The notes under the pieces are model-generated. The model had not been told where the DNA came from and did not search any database. It worked only from the letters and a program-made list of their open reading frames with translations. The translations under genes were made by a program, and so were the position numbers. DNA of 64,000 bases. Source: Candidatus Latescibacterota bacterium. Lineage in GTDB: Bacteria; Latescibacterota; UBA2968; UBA8231. Where the stretch lies: the NCBI GenBank assembly GCA_965203355.1, contig OZ241889.1, forward strand, positions 2,656,001 through 2,720,000. The letters are read 5' to 3'. Below are positions 1 to 11,240 of the stretch, piece after piece; position 1 is the stretch's first letter, and every line of letters begins with the position of its first letter.

Positions 1-1534
<1,534 letters not shown>

Positions 1535-1831
1535 TTAGGCTACGATGGCGAGGATGTCGTCTTCGCGCATGATCAGATATTCTTCGCCCTCGATCTTGAC
1601 CTCGGTGCCCGAGTACTTGCCGATGAGGACCTTGTCGCCCACGCTCACTTCCAAGCCGACGCGCTCGCCGTCTTCAACGCGCCCGGGGCCGACGGCGACG
1701 ATCTCGGCTTCTTGGGGCTTTTCTTTGGCCGTGTCCGGGATGATGATCCCACCGACCTTCTGCTCTTCGGCCTCGTCGAGACGCTTGACTAACACGCGGT
1801 CGGCGAGGGGCTTAATATTGATAGTGGCCAT
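1535..1831 (-). CDS. groES: Co-chaperonin GroES
   Basis: [10 protein letters not shown]...[14 protein letters not shown]...[16 protein letters not shown]; AAGGAG RBS at 1841-1846; directly upstream of groEL. Confidence 0.98.
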   Translation of the reverse strand: MATINIKPLADRVLVKRLDEAEEQKVGGIIIPDTAKEKPQEAEIVAVGPGRVEDGERVGLEVSVGDKVLIGKYSGTEVKIEGEEYLIMREDDILAIVA

Positions 1832-1875
1832 GATGGACTTCTCCTTTTAAGGGTAAAATGGCTATCGGCTGTATA

Positions 1876-1892
1876 TGCAAAATTCGTGCCAA
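1876..1892 (-). promoter_or_regulatory. sigma54 (RpoN) -24/-12 promoter of groESL
   Basis: Minus strand reads TTGGCACG-AATT-TTGCA, matching the TGGCACG-N4-TTGCW consensus, about 45 nt upstream of the groES ATG. Confidence 0.8.
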
Positions 1893-1920
1893 TGGACGAA
1901 AGTTTTGCTAGTATCTTGTT

Positions 1921-1933
1921 TATAAAGGACTTA
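1921..1933. promoter_or_regulatory. IHF-like binding site
   Basis: TATAAAGGACTTA is one mismatch from WATCAANNNNTTR and lies 30-42 bp upstream of the sigma54 -24 element, the usual position. Confidence 0.45.
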
Positions 1934-2108
1934 TGCCGTACCTTGCCATCGGGCGGTGACTGGATGTTTTCCCATATTGATAATATATTAAAAAAACAAA
2001 GGTGAAATCTATGTATAAGTATATTAAAAATAACCTATTGCTCCTTTTTCTCTATATGAAAATAAAAGACGCTAATTCTCATTATGAAAACGAAAAATTG
2101 AGGGAATA

Positions 2109-2891
2109 ATGAACTGGGATGACCAACGAGTTGTGCTGACTGGAGCTAGCAGCGGCATCGGGCACGCCTTGGCTCTCGTACTGGCCGAGCGCGGGGCGCG
2201 TTTGGCGTTGGTGGCGCGCCGCGCCCGGGCCCTCGCCGAACTCGGAGCGGCGATTGAAGAAAGCGGCGGTCGCCAGCCGTTGGTGGTGCCGTGCGACGTG
2301 GGCGATCGGGCCCAAGTCCGTGCTTTGTACGCCGAGGTCGAAGCGCAATGGGGGGGGGCCGACGTGCTGATCAACAACGCCGGTCGGGGGCATTATCGCT
2401 CCTTTGCCGATGCGGATGTGCGTGCATGCGAAGCCGTGGTGCAAACGAACCTACTCGGTGCCATCTACTGCACCCGAGCCTTCCTACCGGGGATGTTGGC
2501 GCAAGGGCGGGGCCGATTGGTCTTCATATCGAGTATTGTCGGCGAATTCCCCGTGCCCAAGCACGCCGTGTACAGCGCGACCAAATGCGCGGTGAGTGGC
2601 TTGGCCGAAAGCCTCGACTACGAGCTGGCCCCGCAGGGCATTGGCGTCCACCTCGTGGAGCCGGGCTTGGTGCATACCGAATTTGCCGCGCGGGCTGGTA
2701 CGCAGCACCTACTAGTGCAGAAAAAATTCGCCAAGTCGGCCGAGGAAGTGGCTACAGCCATCGCCGACGCCGTAGCCGCGGGCAAGCGCAAGAGCGTACC
2801 AGACGCCGCCGCGCTTTTGTTGATCAAATTGCGCCAGTATGTACCCGGCTTGACGCGGTGGGCTTTTCGGCGGATCGGCCGTCGGCTCTAG
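2109..2891 (+). CDS. Short-chain dehydrogenase/reductase (SDR)
   Basis: TGASSGIG, NNAG and YSATK (YxxxK) motifs. Confidence 0.92.
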   Translation: MNWDDQRVVLTGASSGIGHALALVLAERGARLALVARRARALAELGAAIEESGGRQPLVVPCDVGDRAQVRALYAEVEAQWGGADVLINNAGRGHYRSFADADVRACEAVVQTNLLGAIYCTRAFLPGMLAQGRGRLVFISSIVGEFPVPKHAVYSATKCAVSGLAESLDYELAPQGIGVHLVEPGLVHTEFAARAGTQHLLVQKKFAKSAEEVATAIADAVAAGKRKSVPDAAALLLIKLRQYVPGLTRWAFRRIGRRL

Positions 2892-2897
2892 GCCGTG

Positions 2898-3680
2898 CTA
2901 TTGAGCGGTGTACCCGCCATCGACGACTAAGGTCGCCCCAGTGGTAAAGCCAGAGGCTGCTGAGGCAAAGTAGAGGACGGCCGTGGCCAATTCGGCCGGT
3001 TCGCCCCAGCGGTCCATGGGGACCTTGGCGATCATGGCGCGCGCTTTGGCCGGGTTTTGTAGCAGGATGGCGTTGATCGGGGTGATAAAGGGGCCGGGGC
3101 AGATGGCGTTGACCGTGATCCCGTGCGATGCCCATTCAAGGGCGAGCGTCTTGGTGAGCTGGACGATGCCGCCTTTGCTCGATGCATACGGCGTGCGGTC
3201 GGCGATTGAGACCTGAGACACGGTGGAGCCGAGGTTGATGACGCGGCCGTACCCGCGCTCGATCATCTGCGGCCCCACCGCTCGGCAGTAGTACATCGGG
3301 CCGGTGAGGTTGATGGCGATGACCGCGTCCCAATCCTCGTCGCGCAGTTCGACGATCGGGCTGCGGATGTTGATGCCGGCGTTGTTGACCAGAATGTCGA
3401 TGGGGCCTAAGGCGTCGTTAGTTTGGCGCACCGAGGCTTCCACTTGGGCGCGGTCGGCTGCATCGGCTTGAAACGCGAGCACGCGGCCGTTGGTGTGAGC
3501 ACTGATTTGCGCGGCGGCGGCGCGGGCTTCTTCCTCGTTGCGGCTGGTGAGAGCTACGTCGGCCCCAGCCGCCGACAGCGCGCCGGCCATGGCTTCGCCG
3601 AGGCCCTTGCTGCCGCCTGTCACCAAGGCCGTGCGGCCCTTGAGGCTGAAGAGGTCGAGCGCGGAAGATGGGATCTTCAT
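2898..3680 (-). CDS. SDR oxidoreductase (FabG/gluconate-5-dehydrogenase-like)
   Basis: [28 protein letters not shown]. Confidence 0.92.
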   Translation of the reverse strand: MKIPSSALDLFSLKGRTALVTGGSKGLGEAMAGALSAAGADVALTSRNEEEARAAAAQISAHTNGRVLAFQADAADRAQVEASVRQTNDALGPIDILVNNAGINIRSPIVELRDEDWDAVIAINLTGPMYYCRAVGPQMIERGYGRVINLGSTVSQVSIADRTPYASSKGGIVQLTKTLALEWASHGITVNAICPGPFITPINAILLQNPAKARAMIAKVPMDRWGEPAELATAVLYFASAASGFTTGATLVVDGGYTAQ

Positions 3681-3922
3681 AGGGAGGACCAGCCTTCGGC
3701 CTCGACCATGGACTTGGCGAGGTCGCCCAACTCGGCGACTAGCTCGGCTTGATCTTGGGCGCGGGCCTTATGGGTGATCTGCATGGTTAGGGCGATCAGC
3801 CCCAAGCCGAAGATCCGCTGCAAGCTCTGCGGCGAATCTGGTTTGAGGTCGGGAATCAGCTCGGATAGGCGGTTGAGCAGGTCGCGGTGCTCAGTGGGAA
3901 TTTCAATAACTTCCAAGGACAT
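3677..3922 (-). CDS. Small hypothetical protein (81 aa)
   Basis: [12 protein letters not shown]... from ATG at 3922; stop overlaps the SDR start (ATGA); fills the operon gap. Confidence 0.6.
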   Translation of the reverse strand: MSLEVIEIPTEHRDLLNRLSELIPDLKPDSPQSLQRIFGLGLIALTMQITHKARAQDQAELVAELGDLAKSMVEAEGWSSL

Positions 3923-3957
3923 AGTGGCATTAAAGGTAACGCATGGCCTAGTGGCGG

Positions 3958-4803
3958 TCAAAGTTCCACCTCGCGGGCGACGAAGTGTTCGCCATCTTGG
4001 ACGATGCGGCTCCACGGCGCGTCGGGATCGTGGTCCCAAGCCACGATCCACCCTTGGGCGGCCGCCTCTTCAGCAAAGCGTTGTTTGCGGGTCAAGGTCT
4101 GGTAGGGAAACATGTCGTAGGCCATGTTCCAATAGGGCCGCAGATGAGGGCGCGTGGGGATTAGCTCGCCGGGATAGACGAGGGTATGGCCGCTAGTTTC
4201 GAGGCGAAAGCCCTGATGAGCGCGGGTGTGCCCGCCGGTGACAAAGGCCGTTAGGCCGGGCATTAATGCGTCGTTGCCGTCGAGGAAGCGCATCTCGACT
4301 TGGCGGGCGAGGGTGTGTAGTTCCGCGGGCCGGTAGCTGCTCCGCATGGTGCTGCGGCCAGCCAAGGCGTCGTCCCATTCGCCGCGTTGTACCGCGTGGA
4401 CGGCGTTGGGAAAGAGCGGCTCTAGGCCCATAGGCCCCTCGACGAGACAGCCGCTGAAGTGGTCGAAGTGCAGGTGGGTAAGCGCGACCATGGTGATCGC
4501 CTCCAAGGCCACGCCGGCCGCGGCGAGCGAACCACGCAGTGTGCGTACGCCGTCCACGCCGTACAGGGTGCGCTCGCGCAAGGTAAAACGCTCGCCAAAC
4601 CCAGCGTCGAGCAGCACGAGGTCGCGGCTCGTTTTCAGGAGCAGGCAGTTGCACGATAGGCGGATGCGATTGTGCTCGTCGGCCGTGGCCGTGCGCTGCC
4701 ACAGGGCTTTGGGTACTAGGCCGAACATGGCGCCCCCGTCAAGGCGAAAGTCGCCGCCGGGTACGTGTACGGCCTCGGCGGTGCCTAGGTCGAGCGTGTG
4801 CAT
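3958..4803 (-). CDS. MBL-fold metallo-hydrolase (YtnP-like)
   Basis: FRLDGGAMFGLVPKALW, THLHFDH (HxHxDH), GGHT, MAYDMFP, HDP. Confidence 0.9.
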   Translation of the reverse strand: MHTLDLGTAEAVHVPGGDFRLDGGAMFGLVPKALWQRTATADEHNRIRLSCNCLLLKTSRDLVLLDAGFGERFTLRERTLYGVDGVRTLRGSLAAAGVALEAITMVALTHLHFDHFSGCLVEGPMGLEPLFPNAVHAVQRGEWDDALAGRSTMRSSYRPAELHTLARQVEMRFLDGNDALMPGLTAFVTGGHTRAHQGFRLETSGHTLVYPGELIPTRPHLRPYWNMAYDMFPYQTLTRKQRFAEEAAAQGWIVAWDHDPDAPWSRIVQDGEHFVAREVEL

Positions 4804-5792
4804 TAGCGGTGGACGAGGACCTCGACGCCCTCAGTGGCAAATTGGCAACGCATCTCACGCAGGCCCTCTTGGGCCATACTTGTGCGCAGCTTGGCGTGGT
4901 GTTTAGCCGGGCAATAGAACATGAGGAAACCACCACCGCCCGCTCCTAGCAGCTTGCCGCCGAGGGCACCAGCGGCGCGGCCAGCCGCGTACCAGCGGTC
5001 GATAGCCGCATTGGATATTTGCTGTGCCCGCTGTTTTTTGGCCAACCAGTGCTCGTGGAGCAACTCGCCGAAGCGGTCCAGCGCGTCCTGTTCGAGTGCC
5101 GCCTTGATCTGGTAGCCGATCTGCTTGGTCTGATGCAAGCTGTCTAACACCCGGTCGTCGCCTTGTTGGGTGTCTTGATTTTGCTGGGCGAGGATGTCCG
5201 AGCTCTCGCGCCGAATGCCAGTGAAAAAGACCAGCATGTTGGCCGCTAGGGCCCGGGCCGTGGGCGCGGAGATCGCTAAGGGCGCGACCGCGACGCGGCC
5301 GCTGGTGTCGATGTCGAGACAAGTCAGGCCACCGAAACTGCCCAAGTAGTGGTCGTGTTTGCCCGCTGGCTGAGCGGCCTGCACTGTTTCGATATAGTGG
5401 GCTTCCTCGGCGAGCGTTTGGGGGGAAGGCTGTTCGCGCTTATAGGCGTGTAGCGCGGCCAGCAATGCCACGGTGAACGCGCCCGACGACCCCAAACCCG
5501 TGCGCCCCGGCACGTCGGACATCGCGCTGATTTCGATCCCGCCCTCGATCTGGGCATGGGTCAGGGCTTCGCGCAGCAGGGGGTGTTGAATCTGGCTAGG
5601 GGTAGCGACCTTTTCGGTCTGCGAGTACTTGACGCGGATGAAGTCTTCTACCTTGAGGTCGTTGAGCTGGATATAGACGTATTTGTCGATGCCCGCGCTG
5701 AGCACAAAGCCGCCGTAGTGGGTGTAATAGGAGGCTAGGTCGGTGCCGCCGCCGCCGAGCGGGATGCGCAAGGGTGCTCTGGTAATGATCAA
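4803..5792 (-). CDS. GHMP sugar kinase, HddA (heptose-7-phosphate kinase)-like
   Basis: MIITRAPLRIPLGGGGTD, GLGSSG, GGKLLGAGGGGF. Confidence 0.88.
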   Translation of the reverse strand: MIITRAPLRIPLGGGGTDLASYYTHYGGFVLSAGIDKYVYIQLNDLKVEDFIRVKYSQTEKVATPSQIQHPLLREALTHAQIEGGIEISAMSDVPGRTGLGSSGAFTVALLAALHAYKREQPSPQTLAEEAHYIETVQAAQPAGKHDHYLGSFGGLTCLDIDTSGRVAVAPLAISAPTARALAANMLVFFTGIRRESSDILAQQNQDTQQGDDRVLDSLHQTKQIGYQIKAALEQDALDRFGELLHEHWLAKKQRAQQISNAAIDRWYAAGRAAGALGGKLLGAGGGGFLMFYCPAKHHAKLRTSMAQEGLREMRCQFATEGVEVLVHR

Positions 5793-5804
5793 ACTAGCCT
5801 CGTT

Positions 5805-6524
5805 TCAAGGGAGGACAAAAGCACCTGAATCTACGCATTGGCAGGCGTGGCGATAGCGCGCTGGCGTATCGGTCGAAAGGAGCTGACCTTGCAGGGGATG
5901 CCCGAGCAGGGGGCGCCCGGCGGCGAGCAAGTCGGCAAAGACCGCGCTGAAGTCGCAGGGGATATTCGGCGGGATGCGGTCGAGGATTTCGGGTTGGAGG
6001 GCATAAATCCCGGCATTGACCCAATAGTTGTCAAAGACTTGGTCGGCCCGCGGTTTTTCGATGAATCGCTCGATGCGGTGGCGTGCGTCGAGGCCGACGA
6101 TGCCCCGCGTGGTCGGGTCGTCCATCCACAAAAGCCCGATGCTGGCGATTGCGCCCTCGCGCTGATGGGTTTGCCACAAGTCGCCTAAGTCAAAGTTAGT
6201 CAGGTTGTCTCCGTAGTACACTAAAAAAGGGCTTTCGAAGCAGTCGGCCACTTGCCGCACCGCGCCCGCAGTGCCTAGTAGCTCATTTTCCAGCGAGTAC
6301 GCAATCGACACCCCCCAGGCCCGGCCATTGCCGAAATAGTCGGCGATAACTTGGGGTAAGTGGTGGAGATTGATGACCAGGTCGTCGAATCCGTGCCGCG
6401 CCAACAGGCGCACGACGTATTCGAGCAGGGGTTTGTCGGCAAAGGGGACCATGGCCTTGGGGAGCGCGTTGGTGAGTGGGCGCAGGCGCGTGCCGCGTCC
6501 GGCGGCTAGGATCATCGCCTTCAC
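5805..6524 (-). CDS. Sugar-1-phosphate nucleotidyltransferase (HddC/mannose-1-P guanylyltransferase-like)
   Basis: KAMILAAGRGTRLRPLT..PKAM, LGTAGA, YGDN, NAGIY; GTG start at 6524 overlaps the upstream stop. Confidence 0.9.
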   Translation of the reverse strand: MKAMILAAGRGTRLRPLTNALPKAMVPFADKPLLEYVVRLLARHGFDDLVINLHHLPQVIADYFGNGRAWGVSIAYSLENELLGTAGAVRQVADCFESPFLVYYGDNLTNFDLGDLWQTHQREGAIASIGLLWMDDPTTRGIVGLDARHRIERFIEKPRADQVFDNYWVNAGIYALQPEILDRIPPNIPCDFSAVFADLLAAGRPLLGHPLQGQLLSTDTPARYRHACQCVDSGAFVLP

Positions 6525-7636
6525 GCGCGTGCCCGGCGGAGAACGTTGGCAGCGCGCATGTTCGCTTGGGCCGCGGCGTAGCAGTCCGCGAGATTGGGCT
6601 GCCGTTTGACCCATTCGATGTATTGGCCAACGGTCCGTTCGAGCGAGACCTCGGGCTGCCAGCCGAGCGCTTGCAGCGCCGCGCCAGAGGAGACGGTGTG
6701 GCGGGTGTCGCCAAAGCGGTATTCGCCGCTGACGAGCGGTTCGCTAGCCCGCCCGGCAATGCGCGTTACGAGTTCGGCGTATTCGAGGACGGTGGTGCCG
6801 CGCGGTCCAGCGACATTGAAGGCGCGAAAATTGGCGCGTTCATCTTCGAGACAGAGCACATTGGCGCGGGCCACATCGCCGACATATACGTAGTCGCGCA
6901 GCGATTGGCCGTCTTCGTAGCAGACCGGGGGTTGGCCGTGCAGGACGCGGAGGGCAAAAATGCGGCCAATGCCCGAGTAGGCATTGAAAAAGGAATTGCG
7001 CGGCCCTTGGACGATAGAGTAGCGCATATTGACCGTGGGAATGTCGTATTTGCGGCCGAGGCTGAAGGAGGTCAGTTCGGCTGCGTATTTAGAGATGCCA
7101 TAGGGGGTGTGGGGATTGACGGTGTCTTCCGTGATCGGCTGGTGTTCGAGTGCAGCGGCGCAGTGCGGGCAGCGAACCGCCCATTCCGCTCGGGCTAGCT
7201 GCGCGTCAGGGCGGGCATCGGGATAGACGATGCCGTGTGTGCCGCAGCGGTATTTGCCCTCGCCATAGACGGCTTGCGACGAGGCCAAGACGACTTTTCG
7301 CACGGGCAACTTCTCGGCGACGATCAACTCGTAGAGCAGGGTGGCACCGACCGTGTTGACGTGGTGGAAGGTAGAAAAGTCTGGCATGTAGTCTTGGTAG
7401 GCAGCTAAGTGAATGACGCCATCCATGCCGTCGAGCGCGGCCCGCCAGTCGGCGCGTTGACGCACGTCGCCGCGCATTTTTTCCACCCCGGTGGGCAGAT
7501 AGTCGGGCCAGCCGGCGGGATGGACCCGCTTTTGGAGGGCGTCGAGGATGCGGACGCGATAGCCCGCGGCAACGAGGCGATCTACGGTGTGCGAGCCGAT
7601 AAAGCCGGCGCCGCCTGTGACTAGAATGTGGCGCAT
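6521..7636 (-). CDS. NAD-dependent nucleotide-sugar epimerase/dehydratase with a Cys/His-containing insertion
   Basis: ILVTGGAGFIGSH, YGISK, RDYVYVGDVA; CGTH...CPHC insertion. Start taken at ATG 7636. Confidence 0.92.
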   Translation of the reverse strand: MRHILVTGGAGFIGSHTVDRLVAAGYRVRILDALQKRVHPAGWPDYLPTGVEKMRGDVRQRADWRAALDGMDGVIHLAAYQDYMPDFSTFHHVNTVGATLLYELIVAEKLPVRKVVLASSQAVYGEGKYRCGTHGIVYPDARPDAQLARAEWAVRCPHCAAALEHQPITEDTVNPHTPYGISKYAAELTSFSLGRKYDIPTVNMRYSIVQGPRNSFFNAYSGIGRIFALRVLHGQPPVCYEDGQSLRDYVYVGDVARANVLCLEDERANFRAFNVAGPRGTTVLEYAELVTRIAGRASEPLVSGEYRFGDTRHTVSSGAALQALGWQPEVSLERTVGQYIEWVKRQPNLADCYAAAQANMRAANVLRRARA

Positions 7637-7754
7637 GAGTTGTACTCTAAGATAAATAGGGCGCGAAATCCCGGCCAAAGGCGGCGTGGTTGACAGAAAA
7701 TCGCTGTTGTATGGATTTTCAGAGGCCCAATAAATTGAACGGACAAAACCGAGT

Positions 7755-8876
7755 ATGCGCTACGCCCCCAAGATTGCCCTTGCGCTAGCCAGCTTAGTCA
7801 TCGGGATTGTGCTGTGCGAGCTGGCGTTGAGCTTTCTACACCCGCAGATCTTTCGCCGACCCCCGGTTTGGCGCTACGACCCCGAACTGGGTTGGAGCCA
7901 TGTCCCGGGCCGCGTCGGCCGCTTGGTCACCCCGGAATTCGACGTGGAAATGCAGATCAATAGCATTGGATTGCGCGACCGCGAATTCGCAACAGAAAAG
8001 GCCGCGGGCATTCGCCGCGTGGCGCTGTTCGGCGACTCGTTTGTCGAGGGGTGGGGCGTGCCCATAGAGGCCGCGGTCAGCCGCCAACTCGAAGCCTGTC
8101 TTGGGTGGGAAGGGGCTGCGGTGGAGGTGGCTAACTTCGGGGTGGCTGGCTACGGCACCGATCAAGCGCTGCTGTTTTTTGAACAACAGGGCACGCGCTT
8201 TAAGGCCGATGAAGTAGTGCTCTTTTTTTACGGCAACGACCTGTGGAACAATGCGGCGCGCCGGGGCATTGGTGCCGAGCGGGGCTTCAAGCCCTACTTC
8301 CGGGTGCGGAGCAATGGGCAGCTTGCGCTCGCGGGCGTTCCAGTGCAGGAGTCGCGTTTTTGGCGGGAACCGGCCGGCGCGTTGCCCCTCGCAGTGCGGT
8401 TGGAGCGCTATTTCTCGCAGCACTGGCACTTGTACCGGCTGGTGCAAAAGGCGTGGCAGCCGGAGGTGCCGCACGGGCAGCAGCAGAATTTTTACGCGGG
8501 GCTGTACGGCGCGGACGCGCGCTTTGCGCCCGCGTGGGAGTTGACCGGCCGCATTCTCGCGGCCTTTAAGCAGAGCGTCGAGCAACACGGCGCCCGCCTG
8601 ACCGTCGCGTACGTGCCGTCAATCGTCCAAGTAGAAGAGGACAACTGGCGCACTAAGCGTGCGCTGTACGGTCTGATCGGCGAGTTTGACCTGAGCAAGC
8701 CCAATGCCAAGCTAGCCGGTTTTGCCGCCGAGTACGGATTCGCCTTGATAGACTTGCTCGACGAATTCAGGGAAAAGGCCCAATCCCAAACCCTGTATTG
8801 GCGCGATAGCCACTGGAACGAGGCTGGCCACGCCTTGGCGGCGGAGCGGCTCTGCGCGCATCTGCGGAGGCCCTAG
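7755..8876 (+). CDS. Membrane-anchored SGNH/GDSL hydrolase (AlgJ/AlgX-like O-acyltransferase or esterase)
   Basis: N-terminal TM helix, FGDSF, NFGVAGYG, GND, DSHWN (DxH). Confidence 0.85.
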   Translation: MRYAPKIALALASLVIGIVLCELALSFLHPQIFRRPPVWRYDPELGWSHVPGRVGRLVTPEFDVEMQINSIGLRDREFATEKAAGIRRVALFGDSFVEGWGVPIEAAVSRQLEACLGWEGAAVEVANFGVAGYGTDQALLFFEQQGTRFKADEVVLFFYGNDLWNNAARRGIGAERGFKPYFRVRSNGQLALAGVPVQESRFWREPAGALPLAVRLERYFSQHWHLYRLVQKAWQPEVPHGQQQNFYAGLYGADARFAPAWELTGRILAAFKQSVEQHGARLTVAYVPSIVQVEEDNWRTKRALYGLIGEFDLSKPNAKLAGFAAEYGFALIDLLDEFREKAQSQTLYWRDSHWNEAGHALAAERLCAHLRRP

Positions 8877-8879
8877 CTC

Positions 8880-11240
8880 GTGGCGTGGCACAAGGACTTG
8901 GGGGCAGTGGGGCTGCTCGGAGCGGCGGTCGCCATTTTCTTCTGGCCGGCCGCGGTGCTGGAAGGAGCGTTTTTCGTGCAGGACGTGATGGTGCAAAACC
9001 ACCCGTTCCGCGCCTTTTTCGCCCGCGCCCTCGGCGAAGGCCGGTTGCCGCTGTGGAATGCGGCCATCAACTGCGGCTTTCCGCTGTTTGCCGAAGGTCA
9101 GGCTGGCCCGCTCTATCCGCCGAATGTGATTTTGGCGTTGCTGCTGCCTACTTGGGCCGCGCTCAACTGGAACATTGTCCTGCATCTGTGGTTGGCGGGC
9201 GTGGGCATGTACGCGCTGGTGCGTGCTTTGGGCGCAGTGCGGCCAGCCGCGCTGTGCGCCGGGCTTTGCTACGCCTTGAGCGGGTACATGGTCGTGCGGG
9301 CCATGTCGCCCAACTTTATCGCTGTGTGCGCTTGGTTGCCGCTGCTGTTTTGGCTCGTCGATCGCATCCTGAAGCGAGGGCACTTTTTTTACGTCCTGCT
9401 CTTCGCGTTGGTGATTGGCTTGCAACTGCTGGCAGGCCATCCTCAAGCCGCTCTGTACGGGGCGGTCGCGGTCGCGGGTTACGGGCTCTATCGGAGTTGG
9501 GTGCAGGGGGGATGGATTGCTGGGCTGGCACTGGCTGGCGCATTCGTGCTCGGAGCGGCTTTAGCGGCCGTACAGCTCGTACCTACCGCTGAATTAGTAC
9601 AGCTCTCCAATCGCGGAGCGGGTTTGTCGTGGGCCAGCTTTGTGGCGATGTCGCTGCCGCCCGAGCGGCTGGTTACCTTGTTGTGGCCCAACTTCTTCGG
9701 CAATTCGGCGCACGGCACATACGGGAGTCGGGAGATAGGGTTCTTCATCCAGCTCTGCGCGTACATCGGCGTGGTGCCCCTATTTTTGGCTTGGGTGGCC
9801 CTGCGCGAGCGGCGGGACGGCCAAGTCGGTTTTTTTGTCGTGCTTGCCTTGGTCGGTTTGGTGCTCGCGCTGGGCAAATACACGGCCAGCTTTTCCTTGT
9901 TCTACCAAATTCCAGGGTTTAGCCTGTTCCGCATCCCAACGCGCTTTTTGTTGTGGTTTGCCGTGGGGGTGTCCGTGCTCTGCGGCCTCGGCCTCGACCA
10001 AGTGTTGCGCCGCGCGCGCCAACGGCCCGCGAATGGTTGGCTGTTGGCCGCCATCTTTGGGGTGGCTAGTGCGGGTCTGCTTTGGGTCAGCGAGATCGCG
10101 CTCTTTGGCGACGGCGCACAACCAACGCGCTACATCCACCACTTGCGCGGCGATGGCCTGCGGCTCGTGGGAGCGTTGATAATGGGCGGGTGGCTGCTCG
10201 GGCGGCGGATGCGGCCAGCCGTGGCGTGGGCCGCGCCCGTGGCCATTTTCGTCGAGCTGTACAGCTTTGGCGCGGATTTTAACGGCACGATAGACCCAAC
10301 CGCGTACACCGAGACGCCGGCGACCGCCCGCGAGATTTTGGCCGACCACACGGCCGCTGCGCCGCCGCGTATCGCGAGCTTGGTCAACGAGCGGAACTCG
10401 CCCTTTGACTGGCACGGAGGATGGGCGTACGACTTGGAGTCCTATCGGCGTTACAACGAGACCTTGCGGATGTATTCGGGCGGGCTGTACGGGGTGGCTA
10501 ACGCGCTGCCGGGATGGAGTCCGCTGCATCTGTATCGCCACGGGGAACTCGCTCGTGGCTATCCGGCGTTTGCCGCCTTGGCCGGCGTGGAATACGCGGT
10601 GCGCTACAGCCGAGATGGGGGCTTTGACGTGCAGCGACTGCCCGCGGCCTTACCCCGCGCATACGCGGTGGGCCAATATCACCTCGCTACTAGTCCGCGG
10701 GCTGGGCTGAGTTATATGGCCCGCGGGTTTCCCATGCGGCGCGAAGTCGTCTTGGAGGAAGCACCGGCCGCTTCGATTGGGCCGGGGGGCGCGGCGCAGA
10801 TCGTCCGCTATGAGGATGAGGAAGTCGCCGTGACCCTCGCCGACTCGGCCGGGGGAATTTTGGTTTTGAGCGATACGTACTATCCGGGCTGGCGCGCCTT
10901 TGTCGATGGGGTTGAGCACCCGATCCTGCGCGCCAATCACGTGTTCCGCGCCGTAGTGGTCCCGCCCGGGGCGAAAGAGGTCGTCTTTTCGTACAGGCCG
11001 GATAGTTTTCGCTATGGCTTGCTGGTCAGCGTGGCGGCGGCCGCGCTCTGGTTGGGACTGGCTTGGGGGGGCCGGCGGTTGATTTTGCCGCCGGGGCAGA
11101 ATATGCCAGCGGACGCCGGGGCGCGGTGGAAGGTTCGGGCTGTGCTGGGGGTCTTGATCGTCGCAATGCACGCAATAGCCACCCAGGGATCTTTGTGGAG
11201 TGGCTGGCTGGAACGTCTGCGGCTGGGAGTGGGGTCGTGA
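8880..11240 (+). CDS. YfhO-family polytopic membrane protein (GT-C-type glycosyltransferase)
   Basis: GRLPLWN...GFPLFAEGQAGPLYPPN, AGHPQ, FRIPTRF, C-terminal LVLSDTYYPGWRAFVDG...RANHVFRAV. Confidence 0.85.
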   Translation: MAWHKDLGAVGLLGAAVAIFFWPAAVLEGAFFVQDVMVQNHPFRAFFARALGEGRLPLWNAAINCGFPLFAEGQAGPLYPPNVILALLLPTWAALNWNIVLHLWLAGVGMYALVRALGAVRPAALCAGLCYALSGYMVVRAMSPNFIAVCAWLPLLFWLVDRILKRGHFFYVLLFALVIGLQLLAGHPQAALYGAVAVAGYGLYRSWVQGGWIAGLALAGAFVLGAALAAVQLVPTAELVQLSNRGAGLSWASFVAMSLPPERLVTLLWPNFFGNSAHGTYGSREIGFFIQLCAYIGVVPLFLAWVALRERRDGQVGFFVVLALVGLVLALGKYTASFSLFYQIPGFSLFRIPTRFLLWFAVGVSVLCGLGLDQVLRRARQRPANGWLLAAIFGVASAGLLWVSEIALFGDGAQPTRYIHHLRGDGLRLVGALIMGGWLLGRRMRPAVAWAAPVAIFVELYSFGADFNGTIDPTAYTETPATAREILADHTAAAPPRIASLVNERNSPFDWHGGWAYDLESYRRYNETLRMYSGGLYGVANALPGWSPLHLYRHGELARGYPAFAALAGVEYAVRYSRDGGFDVQRLPAALPRAYAVGQYHLATSPRAGLSYMARGFPMRREVVLEEAPAASIGPGGAAQIVRYEDEEVAVTLADSAGGILVLSDTYYPGWRAFVDGVEHPILRANHVFRAVVVPPGAKEVVFSYRPDSFRYGLLVSVAAAALWLGLAWGGRRLILPPGQNMPADAGARWKVRAVLGVLIVAMHAIATQGSLWSGWLERLRLGVGS

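Noticed and set aside
1832-2108. CIRCE element or Fur box upstream of groES
   Set aside because: No TTAGCACTC-N9-GAGTGCTAA was found; the AATTCTCATTAT segment matches only half of a Fur box.
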